Both the position numbers and the translations under genes were made by a program. From NCBI RefSeq assembly GCF_018350175.1, contig NC_058373.1, positions 117,802,001-117,866,000 on the forward strand: a stretch of DNA of 64,000 bases, given 5' to 3'. Every line of letters starts with the position of its first letter. Position 1 is the stretch's first letter. The notes under the pieces were generated by a model, which was given only the letters and a program-made list of their open reading frames with translations, did not search any database and was not told where the DNA came from. The stretch is from Felis catus. Its lineage: Eukaryota. Below are positions 25,464 through 39,385 of this stretch, in pieces.

Positions 25464-27187
25464 TTACCTGGAGAACTTCTTAATAACCTCAAGACCAAAA
25501 ATTCATGCCAGACCTACCCAATCTGAATTTAAGTGGGTGGGAGAATTGGGCCAACTATTTTTTCAAGAACCTTATAGATTGTTCCAGTGTCTGACCAAGG
25601 ACCTCCGGATGTCTAAGCATCATCTAGTTACTGCCTAGATGTTCTCTCTGATATACCAAAACTGGTTAAATGGCCTTCTCTAAAGTGTCTCAAGGTTCCC
25701 AGTGTTTCCCCCAAGGTGTTGTCATTAATTGCCTGCTTACTAGAATGTCTCCCCTACTCGTTTTATAAAATCCAGAATGACAGGAACCGTGCCCATCTCT
25801 GGTATCCCCAGTACTTAGCACAGTACCCGGTAGGCACCTCAAGAAGTACTTACCAATAAATTTAACCAGAACTGAACCAGATTCAGAAATGCAGAAAGTG
25901 AATGACCTACTATTCCTGGTTCTAGGAGACTCATCCACCCACATTCAAACCATCCAAGAGGGACCCCAGAGGCAGGCTCAGAAGTGAGCACAGAATCCAC
26001 CCCAAGATGGCAGTCTCTATGCCTTAGGCTCCTTCTTGCCCCACAGGCTGCTTCAAAGTATTTCCAACCTGACCAAAAGCAGGTGAGTAAGAAGGGACTG
26101 GTCCAGACCAGCACTCTCAAAAGATCTAAATGACAAGAGGTCAAAATTGTCAACACTTGCCCAAGGGCCTATGCCCTCCCTGAGACTGTGGTCACTGCAC
26201 GTGTTGGTCAGCAACACCAAGGCAGCCTCGGGCCCCTCCGTTTATAGCTGCAGACCCACTCACTCTCCTGGGATTAAGTAGTCCGAATGGCCAGAAGATG
26301 GGACTATTTTTATTTCATTCTTTAACTTTCTCTGATGGATTACAGAAGCCCTGTGATGCAGAGGAAGAGCATGAGTCCTCCTACCACCAATCCTGTAACC
26401 TTGGAAATATTACCACACATTTCTGACCCTGTCTCCTTGCCCATTAGACAAGAGTGTTAATAGTACCTACCTTACAGGGGCTGTTGTAGGCATTCGCTTC
26501 TATTCAAGAAGCAGCTCTTTATAACCATGAAGCCTTGTGCAAACGTCAGTTATTAATTATCATGAGTTAGCGGACATAGACGAATCTGGACTCTATGGCC
26601 ATGTGGCATGACAAGGCCCCCACCCCACGTGCCCATGCTGCTCTTTGCTCCTCTAGCCATGAGGGTAGAAATAGGCCTCTCTTTGATGTCTGCTTTGACT
26701 CCACCTCATCTCAACAAGCAAATGACCCCAAGAACTCTCTCGAGGCTCTAGCCCCCCTTCCTTGCCCTCCTCCCTAGGCTGACAAGCACCAGGGTGCCTT
26801 TATAGGGCCAATGCATTCAGCCCTGGAGTTCCACTTATAGAGGGACGAGCACAGCCCCGTGAGAGTTATGTTGTTTATCTCATTAGAACAGGAGGCACAT
26901 AACTCAAAGCCTGTGTGTGTGGTAGATGGAGAGGGGAGGGAAAGGGGAGGAGGAGGAGGGAGTCACAGCTGCAGCCAGGGAAATTAACCTGAAGGAGTGA
27001 GCCTGGGACTAGGGGGAATATGGAGGAGGGGGGAAAGGAGGCAGGAGACAAGAGGGCCGACTAGTCTTCCCTGGTAACCAAGGCCACAGCTACCCCTCCA
27101 TTCACATACCCCACTGAGCAAACTGCTTTACTTTTCCTTTGAGCTGCAACTCCAGTTACAACACTCATACTCATGTACAAGCACAAG

Positions 27188-27189
<2 letters not shown>

Positions 27190-27274
<85 letters not shown>

Positions 27275-27285
27275 AACTCACACAC
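27190..27285. repeat. Compound (CT)n(CA)n microsatellite
   Basis: Directly visible. Confidence 0.96.
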
Positions 27286-27458
27286 TTGCTGGAGGGAGAA
27301 CTGTCTCCATAGAAAAAAATCAGCAGGATGGGCTTGATGCCTGTATGGTCAGCAGATTCCAGACAAGTCACTTGTTACCAGCATTGATCAAGTCAGCAGG
27401 TGGACCCTAAGTATCATTATCCCTGACAGACATGGCATGAGCTATTAAGAACCCAGAT

Positions 27459-27662
27459 GGGGGCGTCTGGGTGGCTCAGTTGGTTGAGCATCTAACTCTT
27501 GGTTTTGGCTGAAGTAGTGATCTCAACAATACATGGGATTGAGCCCCGCATCAGGATCTGTGCTGGCAGTGCACAGCCTGCTTAGGATTCTCTCCCCGCC
27601 CCCTCTCTGCCCCTCTCCCATGCTCTTTCTCTCTTTCAAAATAAATAATAAACTTTTTTTTT
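27459..27662 (+). mobile_element. Can-SINE (older subfamily), first of a tandem pair
   Basis: gggggcgtctgggtggctcagttggttgagcatctaactcttgg head, CT tract, tail. Confidence 0.9.
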
Positions 27663-27676
27663 AATTTTTAAAATAA

Positions 27677-27910
27677 GGGCGCCTGGGTGGCTCAATCAGT
27701 TAAGCATCCCACTTCAGCTCAAGTCATGATCTCGTGGTTCATGGGTTCAAGCCTTGAGTCAGGCTCTGTGTTGACAGCTCAGAGCCTGGAGCCTGCTTCA
27801 GGTTCTGTGTCTCCCTCTCTCTCTGCCCCTCCCCCACTTATGCTCAGGTTTGCGCTCTCACTCTCTCTCTCTCAAAAATAAACATTAAAAAATTTTTTTT
27901 AACTTTTTAA
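27677..27910 (+). mobile_element. Can-SINE, second of the tandem pair
   Basis: gggcgcctgggtggctcaatcagttaagcatcccacttcagctc head directly after the tail of the first SINE. Confidence 0.92.
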
Positions 27911-30029
27911 AAGAATTCAGAAGATGAAATGAGATAGAAAGGAAGTAAAGATGACAGGGGATAGGAACAGGGTTTGAAAAGAAGAAAAGAACTGGAGCAA
28001 TGCCTTCGTCCCCCAACCAGAGGTGAGCAGTGGCAGTTCACCCAGAGAAGGGCTCTCCCTGAAGCCTCTCAGAGAGGGGGATCAGCAGCCACCATTGAAC
28101 CCTCCCTGCAATGGAAACCTCACTCCTTCACAAGACAGACTTCCTGTGGTTGATCAACTCTTACTGTGATAAACAGTTTTGCCTCACCCTTATTTTGAAT
28201 CAAAGACTTCCTATATTGATGCCAACTTGTTCACCCTCTGTCCCCAGAGTGGACAGGTGTCACCTGTATCCAAGCCATCCATCCCATCCACCCACTTGGG
28301 TTTGAAGGACAGCCAACTGAGAGGCCAAGGAACTAGAGGGCATGGGAGTTAGAGAAAAGAGGCAGTGGTCACACCCACTCAGATTGTGGTAACAGGATTT
28401 AAGGCTCCAAATTAAGAATCCAAACACTGCTTCCCTTTTTCATCTCCCCCTTGCCTACCCCCTACTGGACAGGAAAGGGATGGAACAGCAGGCTGCTCTT
28501 CAGACCATCACTGACATTAAAGAGCTCCTCCGCATGTTGCTCCCACAGGTGCCTCCACAATGGGTCACCAACAGCCTCCATATTTATAAAGAGATAATGA
28601 CACAAGTCAGGGGTTCTTCATCAAAACTGGGCATCAGAACTGTATAAGTATTTATTGAAAAGGGCTGGTGCCTGGGCTCTGGTCCAATCCTACTAAACCA
28701 GAGTATCAGAAATACACCAAGGCAATTGCAGTTCGAAAAACTCCTACATAAGGAACTTTGCACTAGATCAACTCTTACTCATATTTATATTCCCAGGGCC
28801 CAGGACATAACAGGTGTTCCACTAATGTTTGTGATTGAAAACACCAATTGGACCACCTCTACAGAACTGGAGGGATGAGTAATAAGTCCCTAGGTAGGGC
28901 TTGAGGAGTAGACAAGATGTATTTCGTAAGCACTTAGACCCATAATATTTCCTAGTCCTTGGCTTATTTAAAAGCTGTCCTGACTTTGTGGACCACCTGT
29001 TCAGTGAAGCCCCTTGAACCATCCCAGGCCACAGTGTCTTTTCTTCTCCCCGATAGCCTGGAGTCCTGGGCACTAGGCACCATACCCTAGCACTCAGCAC
29101 AGCTCTCTATCCAGCTCCCCAACCATCCTCTCCCAGAACCCTGCCCCTTCTTCTCCATGAGCTTCTCTCCCTCTCTACTATTCAATTCTAATGTCCCATG
29201 GGCCAAGACTGGTGAGGTAAGCCTCAAATCCAGGATGCTGCCAGCCCCTTCTGGCTCAGGGGTTCCCAAGCCCCTCACTGGTCCCATCACACTCAAAAAC
29301 CGACACAGTAACAAAGCTAACATTTACTGAGCTCTTACTCTGTCCTAGGCTAGTATCTCACACTCACTGTTACTTACAATAACAACTACCCTATGAGACA
29401 TTTAAAGGACAAGGACAGTGAGGCTAACAGTGTTTAAGTAACTGGCACAGGGTCACACAATTCAAAGGGTAATCTAGTCCACAGCCCACATTCAAGACCT
29501 CTCCACTAACCTAACCCCACCAAGCCATCCCATTACTGATCCACACACAGTAGGGTTGAAATCCAAAGTCCTTCCCTTGAGAAAGAAGCTCCCCACACTA
29601 AAACTATCAGGAAAATATCCCCCAGCCCTCCCACCCACCCCCATCAAGACATTTCTTGTGGAATTTATTTTCCCTCTACTTCCATATCACCAAGTAAAAT
29701 TGCTCATGGAGAAATGCATCCTAATAATATAAAAGCATCATCGAGAGGCACATAAAACGTATGGAAAATCAGAAAAACAACCACTACATACTTTCTAAAT
29801 TCATCAGAAAAAAATTTTTCAAGAATAATCACATTATAATGTGAGCTTACATGTTATTGAGTCTAACTCTTACCTGATACAAGAATTGCGTCCCCAATAT
29901 CCCTGACAAGAGCCTCCACCATGGCCTTTGTTTCAATAATTCTAGTCCTCACCCTTCCATGAAGCAGTCTATGGTGCTATTGAAATTTTGTGTTGTTAGA
30001 AATATGCCTACCAATCTCATCCACCACTG

Positions 30030-30884
30030 ATAAGAATGCAAAATAGTTCAACCCTATGGAGGGAAATTTGGTATATCTAGCAAAATTGCATATGTATTTG
30101 CCCTTTGACCCAGCAATTCCACTTCTAGGAATCTGTATCACAGATTAATATGCAAAAATATAAAAATATGTATTCGTTGTAGCATTTTGTTTTAATTTTT
30201 TTTTCAACGTTTATTTTATTTTTGGGACAGAGAGAGACAGAGCATGAACGGGGGAGGGGCAGAGAGAGAGGGAGACACAGAATCGGAAACAGGCTCCAGG
30301 CTCTGAGCCATCAGCCCAGAGCCTGACGCGGGGCTCAAACTCACGGACCGCGAGATCGTGACCTGGCTGAAGTCGGATGCTTAACCGACTGCGCCACCCA
30401 GGCGCCCCCGTTGTAGCATTTTTAATACTAGAAAAAGCCTGGAAATAATCCAATGTCCATCATAGGAAACTGATTGAATAAACCATAACATATGCACACA
30501 ATGGACTATTATGAAGCAATTGACACATAGAGGGAGGGAAGTACACACTATAATGGAGTACACTATTAAGTGAAAAAAACAAGGTGGAGAATAGTGTGTA
30601 TCATATACTATAATTTATCCAACAAATGGGGATACACCCATATACATATGTACATAAATATATATGTTGTGTGTTCACATATGGTTTTTCTTTTAGTGGA
30701 AAGATAAACCAAAGGCTTAGTAGAAACTTACAGAGAGCAAAAACAAAGTATTAGTAACAAGGAGAAGAGGAGGAAGTTGCCTATAGAAACAGGAAAGGGA
30801 CAGAGACAGAACAAGACATTCTCTGACTATACCATGCTTTATAGATATGACTTTAGAACCATGTGAATATTTCATATGGTTAAA
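30030..30884 (+). mobile_element. Old L1 (L1MC4/5-like) 3' region, left half of the outer element
   Basis: tttgacccagcaattccacttctaggaat, aatgtccatcataggaaactgattgaataaac and gactttagaaccatgtgaatat motifs; appears to continue at ~40111. Confidence 0.7.
30189..30408 (-). mobile_element. Young feline SINEC_Fc-type element
   Basis: CpG-rich, near-identical to the other young copies; TSD cgttgtagcatttt at 30175-30188 and 30409-30422. Confidence 0.96.
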
Positions 30885-32831
30885 TTAAAAAAGCAAACAT
30901 CTGCTTCTGGCTAGATGGGAGTATCAAGGATCATATTTACTCTTTTACAAGAAACCAAAAGACAGTTAAAATATGAAATAAAAGTTCTCAAGACACAGGA
31001 CATCAAGAAATGGAGGACAGTGATGCCTGAAGCACTGGAAATGAACAAGGTAAGTCTACAGCCATACCACCTTGAACGTGCCCAACTGTCTGGACATGAA
31101 CAAGATAAGCCCTAGGACTGCCCCAGCTTGCTACCTCAAGAGAGCTTCCAGATTGCAGCACAGGGAAGAGAAACATGGGTGGAAACCAACAGACTTTCTG
31201 AGACTGAGTGAAAAGAAAGAGATGAGAGTCTGAGGAGACCAAAGTGACTAGAATTCAAGAAACAGAATTGTAAAAGAAGAGCGTTACACAGAAAAAGCGC
31301 TTCGGAGGTCCACAGAGACCCCCTTAGAGTATTCAGCTCCGTATTAATCAGTGCTTATGAAGAAACTTTTCAGTGTTGAGGAAAGAACCAGCCAGTAGGA
31401 ACAGATATGAGTGCCTGGTGTGCAAAGGGGCTGGGAACAGTCTGTTCCCACCAGCATGTTAGGAAAGCCTCATGATTCATGGAGTACTGGGTAGAGTACA
31501 GAAAAGGGTCTTACCTCTCTGACAGGAAATTATTAGCCCTAGACTAAGCACTGCTCCAGTATCACCTAAAGATCACACACTGTTTCCAAGTAACTTAACC
31601 GTCCCAAAATAAAGCTCTAGAATAGTTATAGGAATAAGTAATATATACAGCACCTACAAGGTAAAATTCATGATGTCTGGCATCCAATCCAAAATTACAA
31701 GGCATATATAAAGAAGCAGAAATATATGACCTATAATGAGGGGGGCAGGGGAACCAACCAATTAAAACCAACCCAGAATTGAAACTGACATTATAATTAG
31801 CAGCAAGAACATTAAGACATTAAGTTATCATTTGTATTCCATATGTTCAAAAGTGAAGTAAAAAAATTGATTCTTCTAAAGATTCAAAGTTAACATCTAG
31901 AAATGAAAAGTACAATGTGTGAGATAAAAAATACTGAATGGGATTAATGTCAGATTAGATACTGCAGAAGAAAAAATTAGTCCACTTGAAAATGCAACAA
32001 CAGAAACTACCCCAAATGAAACCCCTGGGAAAAAGAAATTTTTAGAAGAACAGCATAATGAGCTGTGGGAAAACTTCAAACAACCTAATAATATGTGTAC
32101 TTGGAGTCCCCAAAGAGGAGAAGGGGAAGAAAAAATATTTGTAGAAATAATGGCTAGAAATTTTCAAAATTTGATGGAAACCACAAACATGCAGATCCAA
32201 GAAGCTCAATAAAACTAAGCACAAGAAACATGAATAAAACTGTAACAAAGCACATCATAATCAAAACTGCCCAAAAAGAGTGATATTCTATATAGCCATT
32301 TAATACACACATGTGAATATTTAAATGTCAAAATTTTTAATAATTTCATAAAGTCTTTGTAGCCACTCAGAAGGAAAAAAAGTGATAAAGGTAAAATATT
32401 AAAAGTAGCCAGAGAAGGGAGCCATATTATATAGAGAGGACCAAAGATAAGAGTGATTTCTCATCAGAAACAATGCAAAAACAAAAACAAACAAACAAAC
32501 AAACAAAACAGTGGTTCAATATCATTACAGGACTGAAAGGGAAAAAAAACTTGTCGACCTAAATTCTATATTCTGCAAAAATCTCTCTCAAAAACCTAAA
32601 GCAAACTAAAGATATTCCAATATATACAGAAGTTGAAAGAATTAATCATCAGCAGACCCACACTACAAGAAATATTAAAGGAAGTCCTTTAGGCAGAAGG
32701 AAAGTGATACCAGATCTAAATATGGATATATACTATCAAATGAAAAGCATCAGGAATGGTTTAGTACATGAGTAATTATGTAAGATGTTTTTTTCTTATT
32801 CTTGAAAACTCTTTAAAAGATGATTAACTAA

Positions 32832-32997
32832 GGGTGCATGTCTGGCTCAGTCAGTTAAGCATCCAACTTCGACTCATGTCATGATCTCACAGTCTGTGAG
32901 TTCAAGCACCTCATCAGGCTCTGTGCTGACAGCTCAGAGCCTGAAGCCTGCTTCGGATTCTGTGTCTCCCTCTCTTTCTGCCCCTCCCCTGCCCACA

Positions 32998-33037
<40 letters not shown>

Positions 33038-33065
33038 AATAAATAAACATTTAAAAAAATTTTGT
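32832..33065 (+). mobile_element. Can-SINE
   Basis: TSD aagatgattaactaa at 32817-32831 and 33066-33080. Confidence 0.95.
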
Positions 33066-33183
33066 AAGATGATTAACTAAACAAAGATAATGACAATGTA
33101 GTAAAAGGTTTATACCATATGTAAAAATAAAATATATGACACCAATTGCACAAAGGTAAATTGGGGAAAGATGAAAGTATACT

Positions 33184-33655
33184 TGTATCAGTTTCCTATT
33201 GCTGCTATAAATGAAGTGCCACAAACTCAGAGGTTTAACACAACATGAATTTGCTGCCTCACAATTCTAAAGGTCAGAAGTCTAAACTCAGTCTCACTTA
33301 GCTAAAACCAAGGCTTCAGCAAGGTTTCATTCCTTTTGGAGATTCTGGAGGAGAATCTACTTTTTTGCCTTCTCTGGCTTCTAGAGGCCACCCACATCCT
33401 TTGGCTCATTTATGGCTTCTTCCTCAATGGCATCACTTTGACCTCTGTTGTCACACCTCCTGCTCTGACTCTGACCTGCTTCCTTCCCTTTATAAAGACC
33501 TTATGATTACATTGAGACCATCTGAATAATAATAATCTCCCCATCTAAAGGTCCTTAACTTAATCACATCAGCAAAATTCCTTTTGCCATGTCAGGTAGC
33601 ATTTCTATGGTTCCAGGTCTGGATGTCTTTGTGGATGGCATTATTCTGTTTACTG
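33184..33655 (-). mobile_element. MaLR solo LTR (MLT1-type) inserted in L1
   Basis: tgtatcagtttcctattgctgctataaa...cacaaactcagaggtttaacacaaca...ggcttctagaggccacccacatcc...aatctccccatctaaaggtccttaacttaatcacatc. Confidence 0.85.
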
Positions 33656-35511
33656 GATACTGTTGTAGAGTTTTTATACTATTCATGAAGTAGTAAAATA
33701 TCACCTGAAAGCAAACTGTAATTAAAGATGCAGACTACAAACATTAAGCAATCACCAAAATAACAAAACAAAGAGTTATTAAGCCAACAAAGGAAATAAA
33801 ATGGAACCATAAAAAATTTAACCCCCAAAGGAAGAAAATGAGGGAAAAGGGAATAAACAGATGGATAAATAGGAAACACATAGCAAAATGATGGGTTTAA
33901 ACCTAATTATAATAATAATCACATTAAATGTAAATAGTCTAAATACCTCAATTTTAAAAACACACAGTCAAATTGCATTTAAAAAGCAAGACACAACTAT
34001 ATGTGCCTACAAAAAATACCTACTTTTAATATCAAATCCAAATATGTAAAAGTAAAAGAATGGAGAAAGATACACAATGATAACATTAATCAAAAGAAAG
34101 CTGGAGTGGTTACATTAATGTCACAGGAAGCAGATTTCATAGTAAAGAATATTAGTAGAGATAAAGTTATTACATAATGATAATGGATCAATTTACCAAG
34201 AGGACATAACAATCTTAAATGTGTATGCCCTTAATAACACAGCTTCAAAACATATGAAGCAAGAACTAATAAAATTGTAAAGATAAATAGACAAATTCAC
34301 AATTATAGTCAGAAATTTCAATTCTCTCTCTTGATAATTCATAGAAAAAATAAGTGGAAAAATTAGTAATGATGAAGATTTGAGCAATACTATCAACCAA
34401 CTTGACTTAATTGATATTTCTAGAACATTCCAACCACCAACAAGAAAATACACATTCTTTTCCAGGCCAAAGAGAAAATTTATCCAAGATGGGCCATATT
34501 CTGAACCATATAAGTCTCAGTAAATTTTAAAGGATTCAAGTCATACAAAGTATTTCTGACTATATAGAATTAGAAACAAGTAACAGGCATACATTTGGAA
34601 AATCCCCCAAATGTTTGGAAATAACACACTCCTAAATAATCCATAGGTAAAAGAAGAACTCAAAAGACAAATTAGAAAATACTTGTATTTGAATGACAAT
34701 GAAAATACAATACAAACATTGGTGAAATGAGGCTAAAACAGTACTTATATTTGGGGATAAACTATATTAGAAAACACCTATAGGAGAAAAAGAAGAGAAA
34801 TCTCAAATCAATGACCTCAATTTCTACCTTAAGAAATAATAGAAGAAATAGAAGAGTAAATTAAATCCAAAGTAAGGAAAAGAAAGGAAAAATAAATATC
34901 AACACAGAAACCATAAAATAGGGGAAAAAAGGAAAAAATATTATATCACAAGCTATTTCTTTGATATCAATAAAATTTATAAGCCTCCAGGTAGACTGAT
35001 CAGGTGAAAAAGAAAATTCAAATGGCCAATTAAAAAAATAGAAGAGAATATGTCACAAGATTCTACAGATATTAAAAGGATAATGCACCAATGTTATAAA
35101 CAACTTTGTGCAACCAATTTTGACCAACTTAGCTGAAATGGAAAAATTCCTTGAAGGTACAAACTACCAAGATTCACTCAATATGAAATGAATAACCTGA
35201 GTATCTATTAAAGAAATCAAATTTGTAGTTAAAAATGTTCCTACAAAGAAATTGCCAGGCCCAGAGAAATTCACTGGTAAATGTTACAAAACATTTAAGG
35301 AAAAAAATACCAATTCTGCATAAACTCTTCCAGAAAACTGAAAAGGAAGGAATACTTCCCAACTCATTATAAGAGGCCATCCTCACCCTGAGACCAAACC
35401 AGACACAAACACAAGGAAAGAAAACTATAGACAAATATTGCTCATAAACATGGATGTAAAACCTCTAATAAAACTTTAGCAAAGTGAATCTGATGATATA
35501 TAAAAAGGATT

Positions 35512-35727
35512 GGGGCGCCTGGGTGGCGCAGTCGGTTAAGCGTCCGACTTCAGCCAGGTCACGATCTCGCGGTCCGTGAGTTCGAGCCCCGCGTCGGGCT
35601 CTGGGCTGATGGCTCGGAGCCTGGAGCCTGTTTCCGATTCTGTGTCTCCCTCTCTCTCTGCCCCTCCCCCGTTCATGCTCTGTCTCTCTCTGTCCCAAAA
35701 ATAAATAAACGTTGAAAAAAAAAAAAT
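35512..35727 (+). mobile_element. Young feline SINEC_Fc-type element
   Basis: CpG-intact copy; TSD taaaaaggat at 35501-35510 and 35728-35737. Confidence 0.97.
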
Positions 35728-35994
35728 TAAAAAGGATAATATATCATGACAAAGTGGGATTTATCCTCAGAATGCAATGTTAGCTTAACATTCAAATATC
35801 AATCAATGTAACTCCTCATGTTAACAAACCACAAAAGAAAAATCACATGATCATCTCAATAGACTCAGAAAAATCAGCTAATAAAATCCAACATCAGTTC
35901 CTGATTTAAAATTCTCAAACTAGAAGGAAGTTGCTAATAAAAATCAACTACAAAATGCCCACAGCTAACATCATATTTAAAAATGAAAAAAATC

Positions 35995-36215
35995 GGAGCG
36001 CCTGGGTGGCGCAGTCGGTTAAGCGTCCGACTTCAGCCAGGTCACGATCTCGCGGTCCATGAGTTCGAGCCCCACGTCAGGCTCTGGGCTGATGGCTCAG
36101 AGCCTGGAGTCTGTTTCCGATTCTGTGTCTCCCTCTCTCTCTGCCCCTCCCCCGTTCATGCTCTGTGTCTCTCTGTCCCAAAAATAAATAAACGTTGAAA
36201 AAAAAAAATGAAAAA
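35995..36215 (+). mobile_element. Young feline SINEC_Fc-type element
   Basis: Same diagnostic body; TSD-like aaaaatgaaaaaaat on both sides. Confidence 0.96.
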
Positions 36216-36369
36216 AAAAATGAAAAAAATGAATGTTTTTTCCTTAAGATCAGGAATATCATAAGGATGTCCACTCTAACCACTTTTTCTTAATATTTCA
36301 GTGGCCATTCTACTCAGTGCAACAGATGAGTAAAATAAATAAAAGTCATCCATACTGACAAGAAAAGTT

Positions 36370-36586
36370 GGGACACCTGGGTGGCTTAGTCAGTTAAGCA
36401 CCCAACTCTTGGCTGTGGCCCAGGTCATTATCTCACTGTTTGTGAGGTTGAGCCCTGTATTGGGCTCTGCACTAACAGCGTAAAGCCTGCTTAGGAGTCT
36501 CTCTCCCTCTCTCTCTGACCCTCTCCCGCGCTCTCTCTCTCTCCCCTTCTCTCTCAAAATAAATAAATAAACTTAAAAAAAAAAGG
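36370..36586 (+). mobile_element. Can-SINE (older subfamily)
   Basis: gggacacctgggtggcttagtcagttaagc head; TSD aagaaaagtt. Confidence 0.9.
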
Positions 36587-37571
36587 AAAGAAAAGTTTTC
36601 TTTTTCACTAACAACAATCAACTGTAGAAAATGCTGAAATGCTGTAGCATCTACAGAAAGCTATTAGAATAAATGAGTAAAACAAAGTTTGAGGATACGG
36701 AATGAAGATACATATTTCTGTATTTCTGTAAACTAATGACGAATAATCAGAAACTAAATTTTTAAAAACCCATTTACAATAGTATCAAAAATGTTAAGTA
36801 CTTAGAGATAAATTTGAAAAAAGTATGAAATATCTGTACACAAAAAACTAAAAATCATCAATGGGAAAAATTAAAGATAACAAATGGAGAGATATTATAT
36901 TCAGGGATTGGAAGACTCAGTATTGAGAGTTGTTAATTTTCCACAAAATTGATCCATAGATTCCACATAATCCCAATCAAAATCCCAGCAGAGTTTTTGT
37001 AAAACTGGACAGACTATAAAATTCATATGGAAATGCAAAGGACTAAAATAGCCAAAATAACTTAGAAAAAGAAAAACAGATTAGAGGACTAACACTACTT
37101 GATTTCAAAATGCACTGCAAAAATACAAGAATCAAGACAGTATGATATTAGTGTGAAAACAGATAAACCCATGAAACAAAATTGAACATCCAGAAATAGA
37201 ACTACATACATGGGAACATTTAATTTTTGACAAAGGTACAAAAGCAATTCAGTTGAGAAAGGCTAATCTTTTCAACAAATTATGCTGGAACAATTGGATT
37301 TCTATCTGCAAAAATATAAACTTTAATCTGTACCTCAAACCATATTTTAAAATTAATTCAAAATGGATCATAGACCTAAGTATAAAACCTATAATTATTA
37401 AACTTCTAGGAAAAAAAAATACATTACTTGACATTGGATTAAGCAACAATTTCTTACATACAACAACAAAATCTCAATTCATTAAATAACAAATTGATAA
37501 ATTGGACTTAATCAAAATATAAAATGATAAAATGTCTGCTCTTTGAAAGACACTATTAAGATAATGAAATA

Positions 37572-37774
37572 GGGGCACCAGGGTGGCTCAGTCAGTTAAG
37601 TGTCAGACTCTCGATTTCAGCTCAGGTCATGATCTCATGGTTTGTGAGTTCAAGCCCCTCATTGGGCTCTGCACTGACAGCATGGAGCCTGCTTTGTATT
37701 GTCTCTCCCTCTCTATCCCTCCCCAACTCTTGCTCTCTGTCACTCTCTCTCAAAATAAATACACTTAAAAAAAA
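37572..37774 (+). mobile_element. Can-SINE (older subfamily)
   Basis: TSD aagataatgaaa(a)ta on both sides. Confidence 0.92.
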
Positions 37775-38071
37775 AAGATAATGAAAATATAAGACAAAAA
37801 CTGGGAGAAAATATTTGCAAAGTATATATCAAATAAACATCTTGAATCTAGAATATATAAAGGACTATCAAAATTTAACAATACAAAAACAATTCCCCTA
37901 GTCAATCAAAATCATTCATATGAAGAACCAGGAAAATCTCAATTTGAATGAGTAAAAAAGACAATAAATATCAATGCAAATATTAGAATTATCTGACAAG
38001 GATTTTGAAGGAGGCATCATAAACATGTTTCAACAAATAATCACAAATACTTGGAAAAATGAAAAAATACA

Positions 38072-38305
38072 GGGGCGCCTGGGTGGCGCAGTCGGTTAAG
38101 CGTCCGAGTTCAGCCAGGTCACGATCTTGCGGTCCGTGAGTTCGAGCCCCGCGTCGGGCTCTGGGCTGATGGCTCAGAGCCTGGAGCCTGTTTCCGATTC
38201 TGTGTCTCCCTCTCTCTCTGCCCCTCCCCCGTTCATGCTTTGTCTCTCTCTGTCCCAGAAATAAATAAACGTTGAAAAAAAAATTTTTTTTTTAAAATTA
38301 AAAAG
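38072..38305 (+). mobile_element. Young feline SINEC_Fc-type element
   Basis: TSD aaatgaaaaaataca at 38057-38071 and 38306-38320. Confidence 0.97.
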
Positions 38306-38807
38306 AAATGAAAAAATACAAAGTCTCAGCAAGGAAATGGAAGATATAAAGAAGAACCAAACAGAAATTGTAAAAGTTAAAAACACAATAAAACAACACA
38401 ACAAATGCAGAGAATAGAAGAAAGAAGTAGTGAACTGGAAGAGAGAAAAATAAAAATAACCCAATCTGAGCAACAGAGAGAAAAAACAAAAACAAAAACA
38501 AACAAACAGAAAGACCCAGAGCCTGAGGGACTTATGGGCTATAGCAAAAAATCTAAAATTTGTGTTAGTAGAGTCCCAGAAGGATAAGGGAAAGAGAGTG
38601 GGGCTGAACATGTATTCAAAAAAATAATAGCTGAAATTTTCCTAAATTTGGCAAAAGATATAAACCTACAGATTCCAGAAGCTGAGTGAATTCCAAAACA
38701 GGTAAACCCAAACAAATCCACACCAAAACATATCAAAATCAGATTTTTGAAAACTAAAGACAAAAAAAAGTCTTGAAAGTAGTGAGACAGAAATGACACC
38801 TCACTTA

Positions 38808-38994
38808 CGAATGTTTATTTTTGAGAGAGAGACAGCAAGCAAGGAAGGGGCAGAGAGACAGTAGGATGGAGGACCTGAAGCAGGCTCTGTGCTGACAGCA
38901 GTAAGCCTGATTTGGGACTCAAACTCATGAACCACAAGATCATGACCTGAACCAAAGTCAGATGCTCAACCAATTGAACCACTCAGGTTCCCCA
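38808..38994 (-). mobile_element. Can-SINE lacking a poly(A) tail
   Basis: TSD acacctcactta at 38796-38807 and 38995-39006. Confidence 0.88.
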
Positions 38995-39385
38995 ACACCT
39001 CACTTATAAAAGAAAAGAATGACAGCAAATGTCTCCTCACAAACCTCATCACACACCAAAAAGAGATGCAAAACATTTTTCAATTGCTAAAATAAAAGGA
39101 TTTATCAACCCAGAACTTTATATCCAGCAAAAATATCCTTTAGGAATGAAGGAAAAAATCTAGGCATTCCCAGAAGAAAGAAAACTTGTGAGAAGTTGTT
39201 ACCAGTAGACCTACTTACTTTAAAAGAATGGCTAAAGAAATACTTAATCAGAAAGAAATTATAAAAGAAGGCATCTTGGAACATCAAGAGGGAAAAAGGA
39301 ACAATTAAAGAGTAAAAATATGAGTAAATATAATAGACACTTAAGTTTTCTAAGTTAATAGTTTGATAGTTGAAGCAAAAAAATT

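Noticed and set aside
35512..35600. tRNA gene-like A/B boxes in SINE heads
   Set aside because: Can-SINE heads are tRNA-derived and continue into a CT tract, tail and TSD; they are not tRNA genes.
33860..37895. Possible intact L1 ORF2 or active element
   Set aside because: Full of stops and frameshifts and interrupted by four SINEs; only short fragments are open.
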